Shown piece by piece: positions 61,111 to 64,000 of a DNA stretch of 64,000 nucleotides. The stretch is from Pelomyxa schiedti (Eukaryota > Protista > Evosea): contig JAHLWZ010000832.1 of assembly GCA_020536535.1 (NCBI GenBank), positions 26,954-90,953 of the forward strand, written 5' to 3'. The position numbers were made by a program, and so were the translations under genes. Position 1 is the first letter of the stretch. Each line of letters opens with the position of its first letter. Below the pieces are notes generated by a model. The model saw only the letters and a list, made by a program, of their open reading frames with translations, was not told the origin of the DNA and ran no database searches.

Positions 61111-61923
61111 ATGGTGCTCACACTCGTTATCGGAGACATGCACATCCCAATGAGGGCGCATATGCTACCACCCCAGTTCCGCGCCATGTTCGTACCCGGC
61201 AAGATCCACTACGTAATAAGTACCGGCAACCTGTGCACAAAGGAGGTTGTTGACTACTTGCGACAAATTGCAAACGAAGTCCACATCGTAAAGGGCGATT
61301 TCGACGAGGTTTTTTTTTCCACCCCCACTTATTTGCGATTGTAGCGACTGTAACTTAAAGGGGAGCCCACGACGGCCTCTCGCAGTAACACTAACCTTTG
61401 TTTTATTGTTTTTGTGCAGCAACTTCAATACCCTGAAGTTAAAGTTGTGAGCATTGGGCAATTCAAAATTGGAATTTGCCACGGGCACCAAGTTGTGCCG
61501 TGGGGTGACCACGAGAGCTTGTCCATCCTCCAGCGTCAACTAGATGTAGACATTTTAGTAACAGGTATTACTACGCACTAACCGCAACACTTCTATTCAC
61601 ACCCAAACCTCCCAAAGGCCATACACACAAATTTGAGGCATTCGAGCACAATGGTAAATTCTTTGTGAATCCAGGGTCAGCCACTGGAGCGTACTCTGGA
61701 TACACTATGTAATTGCCTTCTTATCTAATGGGAGTTGTTAACTTGTTTCACTAGGGATGTTGTACCAAGCTTTGTCCTTATGGACATTGAAGGAAATCGA
61801 CTTACTACATATTTTTACCGATTGTTGGGGGAAGATGTATGCCTCCTTCAAACTCTGTACAAAACAAAATAACCGTTTGGTGCTTAGGTCAAGGTGGAGA
61901 AAATCGAATTCAACAAGCCTTGA
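61111..61923 (+). CDS. VPS29: Retromer subunit VPS29
   Basis: [60 protein letters not shown]. Confidence 0.97.
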
Positions 61924-62003
61924 GAGATTAGGTTGCTGTAGCCGGCAAAAGGAAAGAAAAATAATACAATTTTAAAATTTTTTTTATTTCCTCATTGAGC
62001 TTG

Positions 62004-62474
62004 ATGGGGTTCCTTTGGGCCATTCTGCACTCGGCAGAGCATTCGTTGGTGGTTTCATTTATTACGGGGGCGACCACGTTCCTCGTTTCCGTGTTTGTTG
62101 CCAGAGAGACGGTAAAAACAATGTGTGGGTTTTTGCACTAACAACACAGTGATACAGTTGGCGGCGTTGTTGCCGCGGCCTGCACGGTGGATAGTGCTAG
62201 GAGATGACCCACAGAAAACAGGCATTGACATGGCAATGTGGCAGAGAGTACTGATTGTGCTGTTCTTCAGTTGCTTGGACTTTATGATCACCTTTGTGTG
62301 TTTCCTTCCTTTTGAAATGATTCCTACTTCTCAATCCCGCGTAGCTCTACAGCTCGTCTGCGTGCCTTATTTACAGTTATTTGCCTCCCCACAAACAACA
62401 AACTCCTGTTATTAACTTGCTTCCAGGTGTTGATGCGTTTCAGCTGGGAGCCTTCGTACCCTCAGCAATCATAG
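62004..62474 (+). CDS. Possible small two-TM membrane protein
   Basis: A plausible 4-exon splice path (including a 9-nt exon) gives MGFLWAIL...VARET|LAALL...VLIVLFFSCLDFMITF|LVC|VLMRF...*. No homology recognised. Confidence 0.4.
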
Positions 62475-62596
62475 GAGTACTATCTATTGTGATTCTTGCG
62501 CGGCTGTCTTCACCGCGGTCCGTTCCTCATTACAATCACAACCGAGTGCTTCGCTTTTAGTTCCATCTTTCACCGAAACCAACAAAAACCAAAAAA

Positions 62597-64000
62597 ATGT
62601 CAGTACTTTTGGATAACGACCTTTTAACCGTCATATGCGCGTGAGTGCTCTCACACAGACATTTATAATTCCTTCGTTCTCGAACTCGAGAGTGTGGTCA
62701 ATTAACAATAAGAATAAAAACGGACAAAACAAAACAACCCCAGCTACTTGGATGTGAGGACCAAGTTGAAACTGGCGAAGGTAAACAAGGCCCTCAGGGA
62801 GGCTATTATAGGACCTCAGCAGTGGCGTCGCCTATTCAGGCGCCCAGAGTGTTGCCAAAACACTACCAACAAGCCAAAAGGCCAATCTCATTGCCTAGAA
62901 AGGGAATATGCGCCTTCTGAAAACGAAAGTACTGGAGAAACGTACAACAGCAACAAAAAATACACTGATGGTTCTGACTTTGGTAATAACAGGACTGACC
63001 CAGTTCCACCTAGAGCTGTGGTGAGAAATTGTATGTCAGAGGTCAGGGTTCTGAACCCAGCGTCACACGAATTCTTTGCTGTGGCACTGTTCCACAAAGT
63101 GAGGGCTGGCTATCTTCCTTTTTTCCCCCCACTGATCTTGAAAAATGTAGTGGGCTGAGGATTTCAGCAGTGTTATATTTTCCATTGAGGCAACTCATTC
63201 AAAGACGCAGACACAACGCAGATCTTTCCACACGGAAACACCCACTGAGAGGCCATTCCACGAGAAAATCTTATCAACTGTCTGGTGGTGCATAGAACCT
63301 GCTCTGGAGAGTCCCGCAGTTCGCTCTCTTCTATTCAACACCACAATTCTTCATCATAGCGCTGTACTCAAGTACAGTTACTTAGCCTCTTGGAGAACAC
63401 ACACCGCCTCCTTCAAAATATCTCCCGATGTGACTGGCAAAATTTCTTTCATGGATGCCACATGGAGGTGTGCTGTAATTCCCAAATTCCAAACACCACC
63501 AGCAACTTAGACTTTTCAGGCACTCTGGTGAAGAGAACAAGCCATTGACGCTTACACTCTCCAAGGGAGTTCAGACCGTGGAACTGACCGGCGACCACTG
63601 GATATTTTTCCGCGTGAGAATCCCCGTTTCACGATTCCAGCCAATTGCGGAACTGCTGGGCATTTCAGCCGAGGAGGCGAGGGTGTATTCCAATGCAATG
63701 TGCCAAGCCTGTGTTGGTCCCTGCTTCCTCTGTACCCGAGAGGGTTTCCACCCTGAGTCGGACGTGAGATGGATGAGTTGAACTCCAGTTTTCCGGACCG
63801 TATGTCGAGAAACCTTCGTTCCAGAAAACTTTCGTTGCCCAAATTTTTCGTCGCCCACCACACCTACGAAAGTTTTCGGACGGTCCAAGTAACAGCTTCT
63901 TGTTATCTGTTGTTAATTTCTTTTATCCACAACAATGTAGTACACCCATCAGTGGGGGTCGTCTGTTGACACAGTGAATTCACAGCCTCCTTGTTTCTCT
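62597..64000 (+). CDS. F-box protein, probably continuing past the window end
   Basis: Spliced N-terminus MSVLLDNDLLTVICA|YLDVRTKLKLAKVNKALREAI...WRRLF fits the F-box consensus. Confidence 0.65.

Noticed and set aside
1-64000. Functional cluster of ubiquitin-system genes (RING-CH, three F-box, SKP1, USP, NFX1)
   Set aside because: These are large families interspersed with unrelated genes, and there is no evidence of clustering beyond chance.

Overview
Gene-dense eukaryotic (protist) DNA in the standard genetic code. It holds about 24 protein-coding genes, mostly split by many short (~35-55 nt) GT-AG introns with very weak donor consensus and some micro-exons. Intergenic spacers are only 0-500 bp. 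An Entamoeba-TMK-like receptor kinase and the gene architecture point to an amoebozoan, probably an archamoeba such as Pelomyxa (inference). Recognisable genes: a RING-CH E3 ligase, a WD40-like protein, WS/DGAT, ribophorin II, a secreted six-hairpin-glycosidase-like protein, RPL23, NFX1, an ARM-repeat protein, a USP deubiquitinase, a bacterial-type dipeptide epimerase, RPLP2, a Cdc123/R2K ATP-grasp enzyme, SKP1, an LRR/IPT-repeat receptor kinase, a membrane class I PDE, VPS29 and three F-box proteins. The most striking locus is 23231-24492. There a tRNA-Gln(TTG) gene is interrupted by a 1170-bp, 5'-truncated L1/Tx1-like non-LTR retroelement with an exact 20-bp target-site duplication (tRNA nt 3-22). 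The element has no poly(A) tail and carries a 5' cap that looks like a mosaic of fragments of other tRNAs. It leaves a downstream tRNA that is complete except for acceptor-stem positions 1-2. Gene boundaries were assembled by eye from splice signals and motifs, so termini are approximate where stated.
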